DNA of 64,000 bases from the human T2T-CHM13v2.0 reference genome, Homo sapiens: NCBI RefSeq assembly GCF_009914755.1, contig NC_060937.1, one strand, 5' to 3'. Under the pieces are notes generated by a model. The model was not told where the DNA came from. It saw only the letters and a list, made by a program, of their open reading frames with translations, and did no database searches. Positions 1 through 24,012 of this stretch are shown piece by piece. The position numbers were made by a program, and so were the translations under genes. Numbering within the stretch: the stretch's first letter is position 1; every line of letters begins with the position of its first letter.

Positions 1-272
1 CCATCCACCATGCCCATTAGTTCAAACACATAACAATTATTTCCTTTAAACAAAAAGGGTTTTAAAAAACTACAGAGCCATGATGAAAAACTAAATGAAA
101 CAAATACGTGGTAATAAAGCCTTACTTGAAATGATCATCTGTGAAGTTCTCAGCCCTGAAAAGAAGCTTTAGCTTACAGCCAAAGCCCACAGTGTGACAG
201 GGACCAAAAGGGCACCTCACTGGGACTCCAGGCAAGCCCATTGCATAAGACAGTGCTGAAGACAGAAAACAA

Positions 273-360
273 CTACAACTATTTGAATAAAGTTGCTACA
301 ACTATTTGAATAAAGCAGCATATAAAAAAGTAGCTACAACTATTTGAATAAAGCAGCATA
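273..360. repeat. Three copies of CTACAACTATTTGAATAAAG
   Basis: Copies at 273-292, 296-315 and 334-353. Confidence 0.9.
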
Positions 361-3300
361 CCTGAGGGGAGGAGGCTACAAAGATGCCAGTCCAGAACCT
401 GAATGTCATGAGGACAGAAGCCCTAAGCCACCACTGAAAGACTGGGAGGCCCTGTGGACCAAGTGAAAACAACAGGACAGACTTTAGACAGACTGGTAAG
501 AGCCAAAAGGTAGACACATCCACACAGTGGAACATAAAACTTGAAATTTCATATGATGAAATCTTCATCTAAAAAAAAAAAAAAGCCCAATAAACTTTAC
601 ATAAAGGAAGATCAATATCCAACTAAATAAAAAGTCAATCTGAAAATGACTAGAAAAACACACTTAAGATTCTCAAAGAGATAAAGCTATTTTTAAAGGA
701 GTTTTCCTTAAAATAACATGAAATTATAAAATCAGAAGAGAAATCACAGGGCAGAAATAACAGGGAATAGGTTTACCCTCCTGCATTAAACAACTAAAAA
801 ATGAAAAAAAAAATATATGAAACAGTGGTTTTCAAATATTGGACAATGGGCAGCTCAGGAGAGTTATCCCTGCAAGAGGAAAAACAAGAGTGACTCCTCA
901 AATTGCCTTAACTCACTGCATGAAGAGAGTTTCCAGGCTGCAATGAGGGAGGGGAGCCAATGCAGACACAGGTGGTCTCCCTGAGTTGAAGAGACAGGGT
1001 TGGGAGGCCAAGGAATCCAAGGCAGCTGCAGTTTGCAAGGCGGAGTACTGCAGAGGAGGGGCTTGCTGCACGTGGACAGCGCTCCAGAGATGGCAGAGAC
1101 TTCACCTCATCCCACCCCCACCAAGTCTATGGATAAATATTTACCAGTGTGTGTGTGTGAGGAAGCTACCTTGAGACTAGTGAAATACCCACTCTAAGGG
1201 AGCAGAAGGAACAATGCCTGGAGCTCACACAGGGTGGGGAACAGTTCATATTCCCACCAGTCAGAGTGGAAAACTTCATAAATTATGGGCATCAGGTAGA
1301 ATACAGAAGGGCATGGCTCAGAAGTGGTACAAGATCAACACTAGGAAAAAAATCCTGCTCTGGTCCATTCTAACAAAGCTTAACAGGAATCCTTGAAAGT
1401 GGCATGCTTTTTCCAAGTGATTTGCTCCATCCCAGAACAGAGTTCTAAAAAACTACATTTCATCTGTGCACAAAAGTCGAGGAAAGCATAATCATGTTAA
1501 GGAGAGACATAAAATATGGAAAGACAGAAAAAACACAAAAGAATCTTCTAGAGATGAAAAGTATAACAACTGAAATTTTTAAAAAGCCAATGGTGGGACT
1601 AACAGATTAATAACAATTTAAAGTATAGCTATAGATACTCTCCAAAATGGAGCACAGAGAAAAATGACTAGAAAAAGAAAGCAACAGCATATCAGTAACT
1701 TTCTTTTTCTAGAAAAAGAAAGCAACAGAGTATCAGTAACTAGAGGGACAATGTCAAGGGGCTTTATGTATGTGTAACTGGCATCTCCAAAGAAGAAGAA
1801 AGAAGAGAGGACAAATATTATTTAAAAAGAATAAAGTGTACTTTTTTTCCAAGCATGATAAAATCTTTAAGCCTACAGATAAAACATGTTCAATGAACCC
1901 CAAACAAAAGAAACAAGGAAAACTACAAGGTACATTGTAATTAAATTGCTTAAAAACAAGAGAGAAAAATCTTAAAGAGAAAGCCTTAGAAGTAGCTAGA
2001 GAAAAAGGATATATAACATACAAAGGAGTGAAAAAAATATGACATCAGCCTTCTAGTCAGTAACATTTAAAGCCAGAAGACACTGAAGCACCGACTTTAA
2101 AGTACTAAAAGAAAAAAAGGCCAACCTAGAACTCTTTACCTAGCAAAAGTATCTTTAAAAGACAAAGTCAAAATAAAGACTTTTTTGGACTTACTAAAGC
2201 TGAAAGCAAGTTACTTCAGCAGACTAGCACCACAAGAAATATTAAAGGAAGCCTTTCTGGCAAAAAGAATATGATGCTAGAAGAAAAATCTAGATGTTCA
2301 CCAGAAAAAAATTTTAAATACCAGAACTCATAAGTATGTGGTTATACAAAAAATAATTTTAAAAAATGTTAGAAGACACTTTGCTCAAAGCCAAAAGAAC
2401 AATGTATTTGGGATGTTATAACAGGATAGGCATAAAATGTATGACACTAATGAAACAAAGACCGTAACAGAAAAAGATAGAGGTACTGCTATAATGTTCT
2501 CACATCACACGTGAGTGGCAAAAATTATTGAGGATGGACCTTAATAAGTTAAAGATGCTTAGTATATCTAAAGTAAACTCGTAAAACAGAAAGTATAGCT
2601 AATACATCAACTAAGGAGATAAAAATGAAATGATAAATAATTAATCCAAAAGGAGGCAAAGGAAACAAAGAGAAAATTAGTTGAATATGAAAACAAATAG
2701 CAATTTGGTATATTTGAACCAATTCATAGTCACATTAAAATAATCACATTAAATATAAATGGTCAAAACACCCCAACTGAAAGACAGACTGTGAAACTGA
2801 ACACAGAAGCAAGGTCCAACTATATGCCATCTAGAAGAAACCTACCTTAATTATAAAAACACAAATAGGTTGAAAGTAAAAGGTTATACCATACTGTACT
2901 AACCTATACTATACTAACACTAATTAAAAGAAAATTGGAGTGACTATATTAAAACAGACAAAGTAGATTTCACAGCAAACAGATAAATATTTTAGAGATA
3001 CAGAGGGTCATTTAAGATGACATAGGAATAAATTCTTCAATATTTATGGTTCTAAACACTCATGAATCCACTATCAGAGCATCAATATACATGAAGCAAA
3101 ACTGATAGATTGTAAGAAAGGAATAGAAATATTCACATTTAGACTCAGGGATTTCAGCACCCCTCTCTCAATAACTGATAGGAGAAATGGATATAGAAAC
3201 AGTAAGCATATAGACTTGAACAATGCTATCAACCAACTTGATATAATTAAAATTTTCAGAGCATGCTGCTCAACAACAGCAGACAGAGTTCTTTTCAAGT

Positions 3301-3641
3301 GCACAGGGAACATTTATCAAGATAGATCATATTTTGAACCATAAAACAATCTGAATAAATTTAAAAACATTCAAGTCTTCCAACATGTTATCTGACCATA
3401 GTGGGTTTAATAAGACAACTATAACATAAATATATCTGAAAATTTTTTGAATAACTGGAAATTATATAAAAATTTATAAATAACCATGGGTCAAAGAAGA
3501 AATCCAAAGGGAAATTAAACAGTATTTTGAACTGAATGACAATTAAGAAAACAATAACATTAAATTTGGGAGGATGTAGCTGAGGCAGTGCTTAGACGGA
3601 AATTTATGGCATTAAATGCCTATATTAAAAAAGAAGAAAAT

Positions 3642-4668
<1,027 letters not shown>

Positions 4669-5474
4669 ACCAAAAGTCAAAGAAGAAAAGAAAGATGAGA
4701 GAAGAAATCAACAAAATAGAAAACATAAAACAATAGAGGAAATTAATGAAACCAAAAATGGATTCTTTTAGAAGATCAATAAAAATTGATAAACCTTGAA
4801 CCAGACTGAATATTTTAAAAAGAGAGGGCACAAATTATCAATATCAGTGATGGTAGAAGGGACACTGCTATGAATCCCACAGACATTCAAAGAATGGTAA
4901 GGAAATATTACAAATAACTTTATGCCAATAAATGTAATTTTTCCACATACTGTTTGACAGAATTCTTGATATAGGATTGCTGCTTCAATGATTAAATTAG
5001 TTTCTGCCATTCCCATATTAGGTTCAAGTTGGAAGTAGTTAATTATGTATATAAATGAAGTGGTGAATTGTACTTGCCCTCTAATCTACATTTTCAAAAA
5101 GTATCTTAAAACATCAATCTCATAGGGTATTGATAACTCCTATAGCAGTTTTGATCTATCTTTGGGCCATACCAATTACCCCTTACATTATTAATGGTCT
5201 TTTTATACACCTCTTTCTTTCACAGCTCCTTCTATATGTCATGCACTGTTGAGAAAAGTAATAAAAAGTTCTACGTTCTATGATTCTTTCACCTACTCCC
5301 TAAGGTGTAGTGTTGACACAACAGCTGTATTCAAACAGGTACATTCAGAGTTCAATTGAGATGAATAGAAAAATAAAATGTTCTCCTTATACCTTGCTGT
5401 CATTCTCTAAATGGCGTAAAATTTTTCTAAAAGGCATCATTAGCTAATGATAAAAACTGAAAATCCCTTATGTA

Positions 5475-5660
5475 AAATTTTAGAAATGATATAGTGGTGG
5501 TTGTACAATACTGTGAATGTACCTAATGTCAATCTACTATACACTTAAAAATGGTTGAAATGGTAAATTTTGTGCTATCTATAACTTACATACATAGTAT
5601 ATTTATATTTTAATACAATAAAAATAGTTTTAAAAAGTCAAAAAACAAAAACAAAAACCT
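5475..5660 (+). mobile_element. L1M (MB/ME-like) 3' end
   Basis: tagtggtggttgtacaatactgtgaatgtacctaat...acacttaaaaatggttgaaatggtaaatttt followed by an A-rich tail. Confidence 0.7.
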
Positions 5661-5909
5661 GGAAATCACATTCACAATCTATAAACTTCAGTTTTCTTAC
5701 CTAGAAAATGGAAAATAAAGTCTCTGGACTTCACAAAAAACATCAGTTTTTATTAAAAATGTACACGTTGATTGTTTTAAGGTACTTCTTAAAAATATAG
5801 ATTAAAGAGCAAGTATAATTCAATATAAGAGGTTTCATTATAGCAGTTATGAATACAATTTTGTTGGTAATATAGATACAGAGTCAATTCTGCTCTGTCA
5901 ATTAAAAGA

Positions 5910-6350
5910 GCTTTACCGTGTGAACACAGAATACCCAGCTAGCCGTGGCATAAACTAATAGGAGCTTTTAGTCTCACATAACAGGAAGCTGGAGGGGGCA
6001 GCTGCAGCTTTGGTTCAGCACTAAACCATGTTAAGGCCAGAGTATCTACCAGCCACCCGCCTGCCCCTCATAATCACTAGACAGTTATGAGGCCACATCC
6101 AAGACACACAGCCGGGAAATGTGCAGTGCTGGTGCATGTGCCTTTTTCACAAGGAATGCAAAAGCTTGCCTAGAAACCCTGAGCTCCACCCTCTGCAGAT
6201 CTCAGCTTATCTCCCATTGACCAGAATTGTGTCCCGTGGGTACCCCTAGCCTCAAGACAGTCTGAGAAAGCAGGCAACCCCTGTCGTGGAAAGCAGAAAA
6301 AGAAAAGGGTTTGAAAGTGACTGTTGGATTAGATGACAGGAAGTGAATCC
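5910..6350. mobile_element. Ancient MLT1-type MaLR LTR fragment
   Basis: Motifs tctcacataacaggaag and cttatctcccattgaccagaattgtgtccc resemble old MLT1 LTRs. Confidence 0.45.
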
Positions 6351-6951
6351 CAGAACAGCTTACTTTCTCTGCGCTTGGGAGTGGATCTCACTGCTCTCAC
6401 CAGAACCCTGTCCTCCCATTCCAGGAGAATGGTGGAGAGAGCCTGGAAGTGGGCATCTAAAGATTGGCTCCACCACGGAACTGTCATCTGCAGCTGTGTG
6501 TGGCTTTGAGGCAGCTATAATTTATTCCCTGGGATCTCAATTTCCTCATCCCTATATTAGCAATAATGGTGCCTACTTTATAAAATACAGGATAAAATGA
6601 AAGGATCAATGCTCAATTTAATTGATAAAGTGTTAACTCATTATCATGCTAATTATTTTCTAACATTGCAGAAACAAGTGTTAAGGTGACATCATTGGAT
6701 ACCATAAGAAGCTGATAGGTCCATCTGCTTCCACAAAGCTAGTTGGAGAATTTCTGACATCCTAGATAGAGCTCCCAAGGGCTCTTAAGACTATTTTCCT
6801 TTTGAAACATCACATAATTCCCTACCACTCTGGAAGATATTTGGTTTCCTCTGAGTGAACCGTAAACCTACCTGCATCCAACAGCAAAATTAGTGAATTC
6901 CTTTTGAAGAAAATTGTGTATATAAAAACAAGCAATCTTCTCTAAAACAAC

Positions 6952-7069
6952 ACCACCGTATCAGGATTACATATCATATCAGGATTACGATAACAGAGAA
7001 AGTATAAACAAAACCGCCGTATCAGGATCACTGTATCGTATCAGGATTACGATAACAAAGAAAGTATAA
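6952..7069. repeat. ~61-bp tandem duplication, each unit with two TATCAGGAT motifs
   Basis: acc(a/g)ccgtatcaggat...tatcaggattacgataaca(g/a)agaaagtataa occurs twice. Confidence 0.9.
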
Positions 7070-7639
7070 CACTTTTGTGCTCATAAAGCCACTTTATCTT
7101 CAACAAAAAGTGCAAAAAACAGAGCCATCCAAAAATGTTGCTTAATTCATTTGAAATTATGAGAAGCCTTTGTGTTTTTAAAGTAACATGGTATTTCTTA
7201 TAGAAAAGTTAACTATTTCTCGGATTCATCTTCTTAAAGTATATCATGTCCTGGACATAAATAATCCCTAAAAATAGAATTTTAATTCCTTGAAAAAGCA
7301 AAAGCACTGGTTAAAACGTGGTTGTTTTAGATCTTTACCTTGTGAACTGCCTTGACACATTGTAACCAGTGCGCACAAGCACTGTAAACCCATGGGATTC
7401 TCACATTTTATGAGAAAAGTTAATACATCTACTTCCTTAACAATATGATTCAGGTGACCATTTGGGGCAGCCTTAGGAGTATGTTGTGGGCTCAGACACC
7501 ATACAGGGCCTGGATCGTTACGACTTCTCCAAGGCGCTTTGAAATCATCATGGAAGGGCTTTGGCATCTCTAGAACACCAAGAACTGTGATAAAGAGTTG
7601 AAAAAAGGAGGAAACATTCCTGAGGCGCCGGAGTGGCGT

Positions 7640-10900
<3,261 letters not shown>

Positions 10901-11190
10901 AAAATGTAAGTATACACTCAAAAAGATAAGCGAGATCTACACACCGAGTTTTCCTTTCCAAAAAAAATTTCTATCAAAAAAAAATTTTTTTAATTTTAGA
11001 TGGAAAACCAACCTACTCCTCTCTCCCTGCATTTTTGTGTGGCAAATTTAAGTGTTACACTCTGCGGTGTTTATAACATGCAGGAGAGAACCTTGCTGTA
11101 ATTTATCTTTTTTTCTTCAGGAAAAGGAATGAGCATTGTAGTTCTGAGTGTAGTATTATCAAGAGTAGCCTAAATCAAAAAGCACAATCT

Positions 11191-11801
<611 letters not shown>

Positions 11802-13401
11802 TTATTTATTCCATTAGTGAGGTAAAGAACAGTTCACCTACTCATGTTACTAGTAAAATCTTGCAATGCAAATGTGCAAAATTTGGGACACTTTGTAAAT
11901 AGTTTTCTACTTAAGTGATAGATATTCCATTTAACCTCAAAGAATTATTATTTAGCATTTATTTTTATGGCATTTGGTGTGACTACCCTCCCATCCTGGA
12001 GACATCAGAGTTGTGAAGGTAGCCAGTAATCTAGAAATTCAGTTTACTCTTAGTGGTCCCTGGGATATTAGTCTGGAGTCACAGAGCCTCTCAAGGCCCA
12101 TTAACAGGCTCCCCCAACCTTAGCAGTCCTTTCAGGGCATGTCAACATTTCGCTTCACTTAAATTTTAGAAAGGCAGCTATTTCTACCTTTAAAGCTCAA
12201 AAGAAGCAAACTGCCCATTTTGTCTTGGGAGACAGAGGAATTTGCTTTTTCAGTTGGTTTTTATTCATATCTAACTTCAAAATTCATACCTGCTTATTAT
12301 AAAAGTTTTGAGACAAGTAAAGCGAAAAAAATGTGATTTTTAAAAAACCCAAACAAAATAAAAGCAACAGAAGGAAAAACGTACATGGTAAAATTGATTT
12401 TTTTTAAATCAATAGTAGAGTCAAATATTGGCAAAATCTGGATATACAAAATTTGACTCAGGAAAATTGATCTTGGTAGAAATGTGATCAACAAAGAAAA
12501 CTCAGACTGTCAAAAGCCACAATGGACAGCATTCATATAGACAAAAATTAATGAACCAAATGTTTTTAGTAAATTTTATTGTAGAAAAAATCTGTTGAAA
12601 ATATTTCTTAATAGGAAAATATGGTAATAGTTTACCTGCATGGAAAAATTGTTCAAAGAATTAAAGTAGCTTGCAGTGGGGAAAAAAGTAAAAATTTTTT
12701 TGTTTAGGTATAATTCTGTTTGTTTTAAATAATCAACTCAGACTGCATGTGCTTTTTCAAAACTATTGTTTACTGATACATAAAATTGTGCTTTGAAATT
12801 TATTTTTCTTTCTGTTCTCTGATGTCGATTTTATTGTGTATTTTCTAATGTCTTAAGCTAAATGCTTAGTTTATTTTTTATCTGGAGAGCAAGAACAAAG
12901 CAGTCAATACCACAAATGTGTCTGTAATTATAACTCTGCTGTATACATAGATTTTTTTATTTTGATAAAGTTTACTTTACACATTATAAAAACACAAATG
13001 TATTACAAAAATATGGAAATAGAGAGTAGCAGGAAAAAGTATATGGCATTTCTATTACCTAGAACCCCACTGTTGTAGGTGTCTTTCCTTGACATAGCTG
13101 TGACCATATAGCTCTGTTAAATTGCATATTTGTCTAAATAATTCATATTTTTTTCTATCCCTATCTTGCGTTTGGAGCTCATTTTATGATTGTTATTCTT
13201 TTATCTTTCAATAAATACTCAAAATGTTAAAAAAATATGATTCAGGAATTTTTAATTGTCTTAGCCACAAATTTATAGGATTTCCAGGATCTGTAACAAT
13301 GGATAAATAATTTTATAAAAATCCTAAATTTACACAGAATTATAAAGATATAATCATTTTAAACAGCACCTATTTTGCAAATTTTATAAATCTCTTTCTA
13401 G

Positions 13402-13536
<135 letters not shown>

Positions 13537-14271
13537 TAGTGCTAAATGAATGCATTGTTTTTTCTTCTAAAGAAATCAAAGCTACTTATGAACAAAATAT
13601 GAATTTTCTAAATATCATGCTGTGTTGACCACAGACTAGCACCACAGAGTGGGGTGGGGGGTGAGGGGACAGCCTGAAGTGCTTTGATTAGAGTTATTTT
13701 TGTTCCAAGAAATAGAGGACAATTAAAGCTAGTACAAGAAACAAAATGTTTATTGTGGGTTACCAAAGACTCTTGCAGCAACCAAAGGGAAGGAACCCAA
13801 GTAGCTGGCCTCAAAGAGCACAGAGACCAGTGGCTGAGAGCCACGAATACATTCAGTTCCCTCCCCGTTCTTTCTTCTCTTTTCTCTCCTCCCCATGTGC
13901 TCCATTCTCCTCCTTTCCAGTTTATCTTTGCCACCATTTTCACTTGGCTGTATCACTTCTCACTGTACAGAACCTATAGGGCCTCCCTGATTCTTACCTG
14001 CTCGGCTGTAGTTATCAACATCAAACAGTTTAGTCTTCAATTACGCAAATTCTAAATCCACAAAGTACTCTAATTAGCCCAATTCATCTGTCCCACCACA
14101 TTCCTTTGGGTCAGTCAGCTATGTACACCCATCCAATCAACTAAGGCCAGAGGATAAGGTCACATGGGAGTGAGGTCACATGGAATCCTGCAAAGGGAGA
14201 AAAATGTCAGCAAGAAGAAATATAGATGAAAGCAATATCAGAAGAGCAAACCAGCTGGTAAGAAGGAATGC

Positions 14272-14515
14272 AGGCCAGGCATGGTGGCTCACCCCTGTAA
14301 TCCCAGCACTTTGGGAGGCCAGGATGGAAGGATTGCTTGAATCTAGGTGATCAAGATCAGCCTGGGCAACATCTCTAAAAAAATAATTTTAAAAATTAGC
14401 CAGGTGTGGTGGTGCACGTCTGTAGTCGCAGCTACTGGGGAGTCTGAGACAGGGAGGATCACTCGAGCCTAGGAATTCAATTCTGTGGTGGAAGAGACCC
14501 TTTGTTTGAAAAAAA
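14272..14515 (+). mobile_element. AluJ-like SINE with internal deletions
   Basis: Both arms recognisable, diverged. Confidence 0.85.
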
Positions 14516-15181
14516 GAGAATAAGAATAACGAAGATATATATATTCACTATACTATTAACATTGGATAGATTTGCTAAGTCTAGGAAACTGGATGGCCCT
14601 TGTCATTATCAGAAAATAAATGAGAGGTGTACTGCCAACACAAACTTCCAATGTCTCTCTTTTTAATGGTACTTTTACAAAACAGAATAATGTTACATGG
14701 GAAACTACAGCCTTATGTTAATCTGATGATTCCTTTTTCTTATACTAATACAAGATGTTCTGTACTTTATCCTCTGCTTTATAACTTATTCTTGATCATA
14801 ACTTGTATCTCTCTTTGGCCTGGAAGTTTTGTTTAATAACTAAGTCCAGTGAAATTCTCTGTGGATCAGGAGATGAACTCCAGTTTTTCCTGCATATACG
14901 TTCTTAAGATGTATTTAAAACAAATTATATTTTCTTGATAAATTATACAGTATTATCATTTATCTTTACCATCATTTCTTGAAAATCTTCAACTGCCTAT
15001 AGCTTTCAAGTGTTTGAGGAATTTTTGCCCATTTTTTCTCATTCATTCCAACAAATATTTGTTGAATGACTATGGGCTACCTTATATGCTATCAAGTAAT
15101 AATAATAAAGACTATGTAATTATTTCTTAGAAGCTATAAAAGTAGAAGAATCTTCTTATATTCCTATAAAAATTAATTAGC

Positions 15182-15500
<319 letters not shown>

Positions 15501-15872
15501 TTAGTACAAGTACACATTCCTCTGTTTATCTTTTTGTTGGGTGTGGATTTTCGTATATTATGCAAGGGAATTTAGATATAATATAAACCTGCCTCTCATT
15601 TCATAGATGAAAAAACTGAAGGACTAAAAAGCAGATTTGCTCAAGAGCACACAGCTAGTTAGTAGAGAAGTCAAAACAGGAAAGACTGAGGGCTTACTTC
15701 TCTCAGCCAGCTGTTTCCACTGGCCCTCCTCTCTAATCAGATTTCTTGAAATTATGGCATGCTAGTAACTGTTCTAGTTGCTTCAAATATAGTTTCCATT
15801 TCATTTTTGTCACCAAGAAATTACCAGGGGTTTTAAAGGTTTTGTTTTGTTTAGTTTTTCTTTTTTTAAAAA

Positions 15873-16033
15873 GGCTGGGTCAGTGCTCACTCCCGTAATC
15901 CCAGCACTTTGGGAGGCTGCAGCAGGAAGACTGCTTAAGCCTAGGAGTTCAGGGCTTCAGTGAGCTATGATCACGCCATTACACTCCAGCTTGGGTGAGA
16001 AAGTCAGACCATCTCTAAAAATAAAAATAAAAT
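15873..16033 (+). mobile_element. Alu monomer (FAM/FRAM-like)
   Basis: Single arm of about 160 bp with gtgagctatgatcacgcc and an (AAAAT)n tail. Confidence 0.75.
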
Positions 16034-19000
16034 AAGTTACACATCAAAATCTCTTTGGTTTGAACTGTTCGCCTCAATCTCTAGTTTTAACCTTGGTGTC
16101 TCATGCCTGAGAAAGTGATTTAATTAGTGATTTCTAGTAAATCTTTAGTTGGAAAGTCTCTGTTATATTGAGAACCTTGAGCTAGGAAATAGCACCAAGC
16201 TCACCAAATCCAAGGTTTTCTTCCGTACATGACTTCCCACAGTTGCAACCCTTCTAGTCTCATATTTCCTGGAAGAAGTTAAATTTTGCCAATTTGGGTA
16301 TTAAAATGTAATTTATGTGAACTAGCCATATTAATCTCATTTAATTAAGTGAATAAGTGTTTTCTACAAAACCACTGAAAACAATTTGCATTCAATACAG
16401 TCAAAACCAAAAATCCCAATTAAATTCTGACATGATTTGGATGTGCGTCCCCTCCAAATGTCATGGTGAAATGTGATTCCCAATGTGGAAGGTGGGGCCT
16501 AATGGATGGTATTGTATCATGAGGGTGGATCCCTCTCAAACGGCTTGCACCATACCCTTGGTGAAGAGTGGGTTATCACTCCATTAGTTCACATGACATC
16601 TGGTTGTTTAAAAGAGTCTGGGACCTCTCTCTTCTCTCTTGCTCCTACTCTTACCACGTGATGCACCTGCTCCTTCTTTGCCTTCTGGAATGATAGGAAG
16701 CTTCCTGAGGCCCTCACTAGAAGCATACGCTGAAGCCATGTTTGTACAGCCTGCAGAATTGTGAGCCAATTAAACCTCTTTTCTTTATAAATTACCCATC
16801 CTCAGTTATTTCTTTATAGCAGTGTAAGAATCGAGTAACACAGAAAATTGGTACTGAGGAGTGAGCCATTGCTATAAAGATACCTGAAGGTGTGGAAGCA
16901 GCTTTGGAACTGGGTAACAGGCAGAAGTTAGAAGAGTTTGGAGGGCTCAGACAGGAAGATGACAGAAAGTTTGGGACTTCTTAGAGACTTAGTAAGTGGC
17001 TGTGACCAAAATGCTGTTAGAAATGTGGGCAGTGAAGATCAGGCTGAGGAGGTCTCAGATGGAAATGAGGACGTTATTGGGACCTGGAATAAACATCACC
17101 TGTGTAATGCCCTAGGAAAGAGCTTAGCTGCATTGTGTCCACAACCTAGGAACCTATGGAAGTTTGAATTTAAGAGTGATGACTTCGTGTACTGCAGAAG
17201 AAATTTCTAAGCAGCAAAGTATTCAAGAAGCAGTCTGGCTGCTTCTAATAACCTACAATCAGATATAAGAGCAAAAAAAAAAACTTTAAAATTTGAATTT
17301 ATATTTAAAAGGGAAGCAGAGTGGAAAAGTTTGGAAAATTTGCTGATTGGCACTGTGGTAGAGAAAGAATTCAAGCAGGCTACAGAGCAATCACTTACTA
17401 GAGAGCTCAGCATGGCTAAAAGGGAGCCAAGTGCTAATATCCAAGACAATGGGGGAAAGGCCCTGAAGACATTTCAGAGATCTTCGTGACAGCCCATTCC
17501 ATCACGGGCACAGAGGCCTAAGAGGAAACCATGGTTTCAGGGACACTGCTTCCCACATCACAGCTGCTCTAGCTCCAGCTGTGCCTCAAAGGGCCCCAGA
17601 TACTACTCAGGCCATCGCTGTGGAAGGCGCAAGCCATAAGCCTTGGTAGCTTCCACATGGTGTTAAGTCTCCAGGCCCGCAGAATGCAAGAGGAAGCTTG
17701 GCAGCTTGCACCTAGGTTTCAGAAGACGTGTAGAAAAGCCTGGATGTCCAGTCTGAAACATGCTGCAGGGACACAGGCCCCACAAAGATACTGTACTAGA
17801 ACAGGGCTGAGAGGAAATGTGGGGGTGAAAGCCCCAAAGTCCCTACTGGGGCATTGCCTAGTGGAGCTATGGGAAGGGAGCCACTGCCCTCCAGACCCCA
17901 GAATCGTCGAGCTACCAGAAACTTGCATCTTGAGCCTGGAAAAGCCACCGGCACTCAACTCCAACCCATGAGAGAAGCCACTGGGACTGCACCCTGTAAA
18001 GCCACAGGAGTGGTGCTGGTCACCTTGAGGTGCCATCTTATTGCCCCTTTCCTTTGACTGATTTCTCCCTTTTGGAATGGCAACATTTACCCAATGCTTC
18101 TACTACCATCATATCTTGGAAGTAAATAACTTGTTTGTATTTTATAAACTCAAAGTGGAAAGAGATGAATCTCAGATGAGACTTAGGACGTTGGACTTCA
18201 TGCTGGAATGAGTTAAGACTTTGGGGGACTTTTGGGAAGGGATGATTGTATTTTACAATGTGAGAAGAATGTGAGATTTGGGGGAGCAAGGGAAGAGTGA
18301 TATGGTTTGAATATTTGTCCCCTACAAGTTGCATGTTGAAACGTAACCTCCAATGTAGGAGTTGGGGCCTGATGGGAGGTGTTTGGGTCATACAGGTAGA
18401 TCCCTCATGATTGGTTTAGTGCCATCCCCTTGGTCATGAGTAAGTTTTCACTCAGTTAGTTCACAAAAGACCTGGTTGTTTAAGAGTCGGGGTTTTAAGG
18501 GTTTTTTTCCAAGATGGAAGATTAGAGGCATTATTAGCATGCCTTTCCTACTTGGAAAGACATAACAGTTTGTAGAGAATTATGCTGTGAACTTGCTTCC
18601 AAGAAACAACACAGGAACTTAATTTAAAAAGCTGAAAGAAAGCACACTTTGAAAGAAGCAGTGGGCAGCAGCTTACACCATGAACCAAATGGGAAGCTCC
18701 CCACAGGAGACAGTGAACCTGCTCACACACCCAGCATGTCACTACTACAACCAACATCTTAGAAAGCCATCACACAGATTCTCTATAACCAAGGAACTCA
18801 TACAGACTCTTCACCACTGAAAGTACCCATAGCCAAAGCTAGTTGACAATAACCTATAAATATTAAAGTCATATCCTCAAGGTGCAAAAAAGAATTTTAA
18901 AAATCCCAGCAGAATCAAAAAATAAATGCAAAATTAATTAGAAGAAATAGTTACCCAAATGAGAAGGAACCAGAGAAATAATTCTGGCCATATGAAAAAA

Positions 19001-19154
19001 CAGGGTTTTATAAAACTTGCAAAAGCTCACATTGAGTCTCCAGCAGTGGATCTAAACCAATGAAATCTTTGAAATACCAGATAAATAATTCAAAGTGTTT
19101 ATTATTAAGTTACTCAAGGAAATACAAGAAAAAAGTGAAAACTAACATGAAAAA

Positions 19155-24012
<4,858 letters not shown>

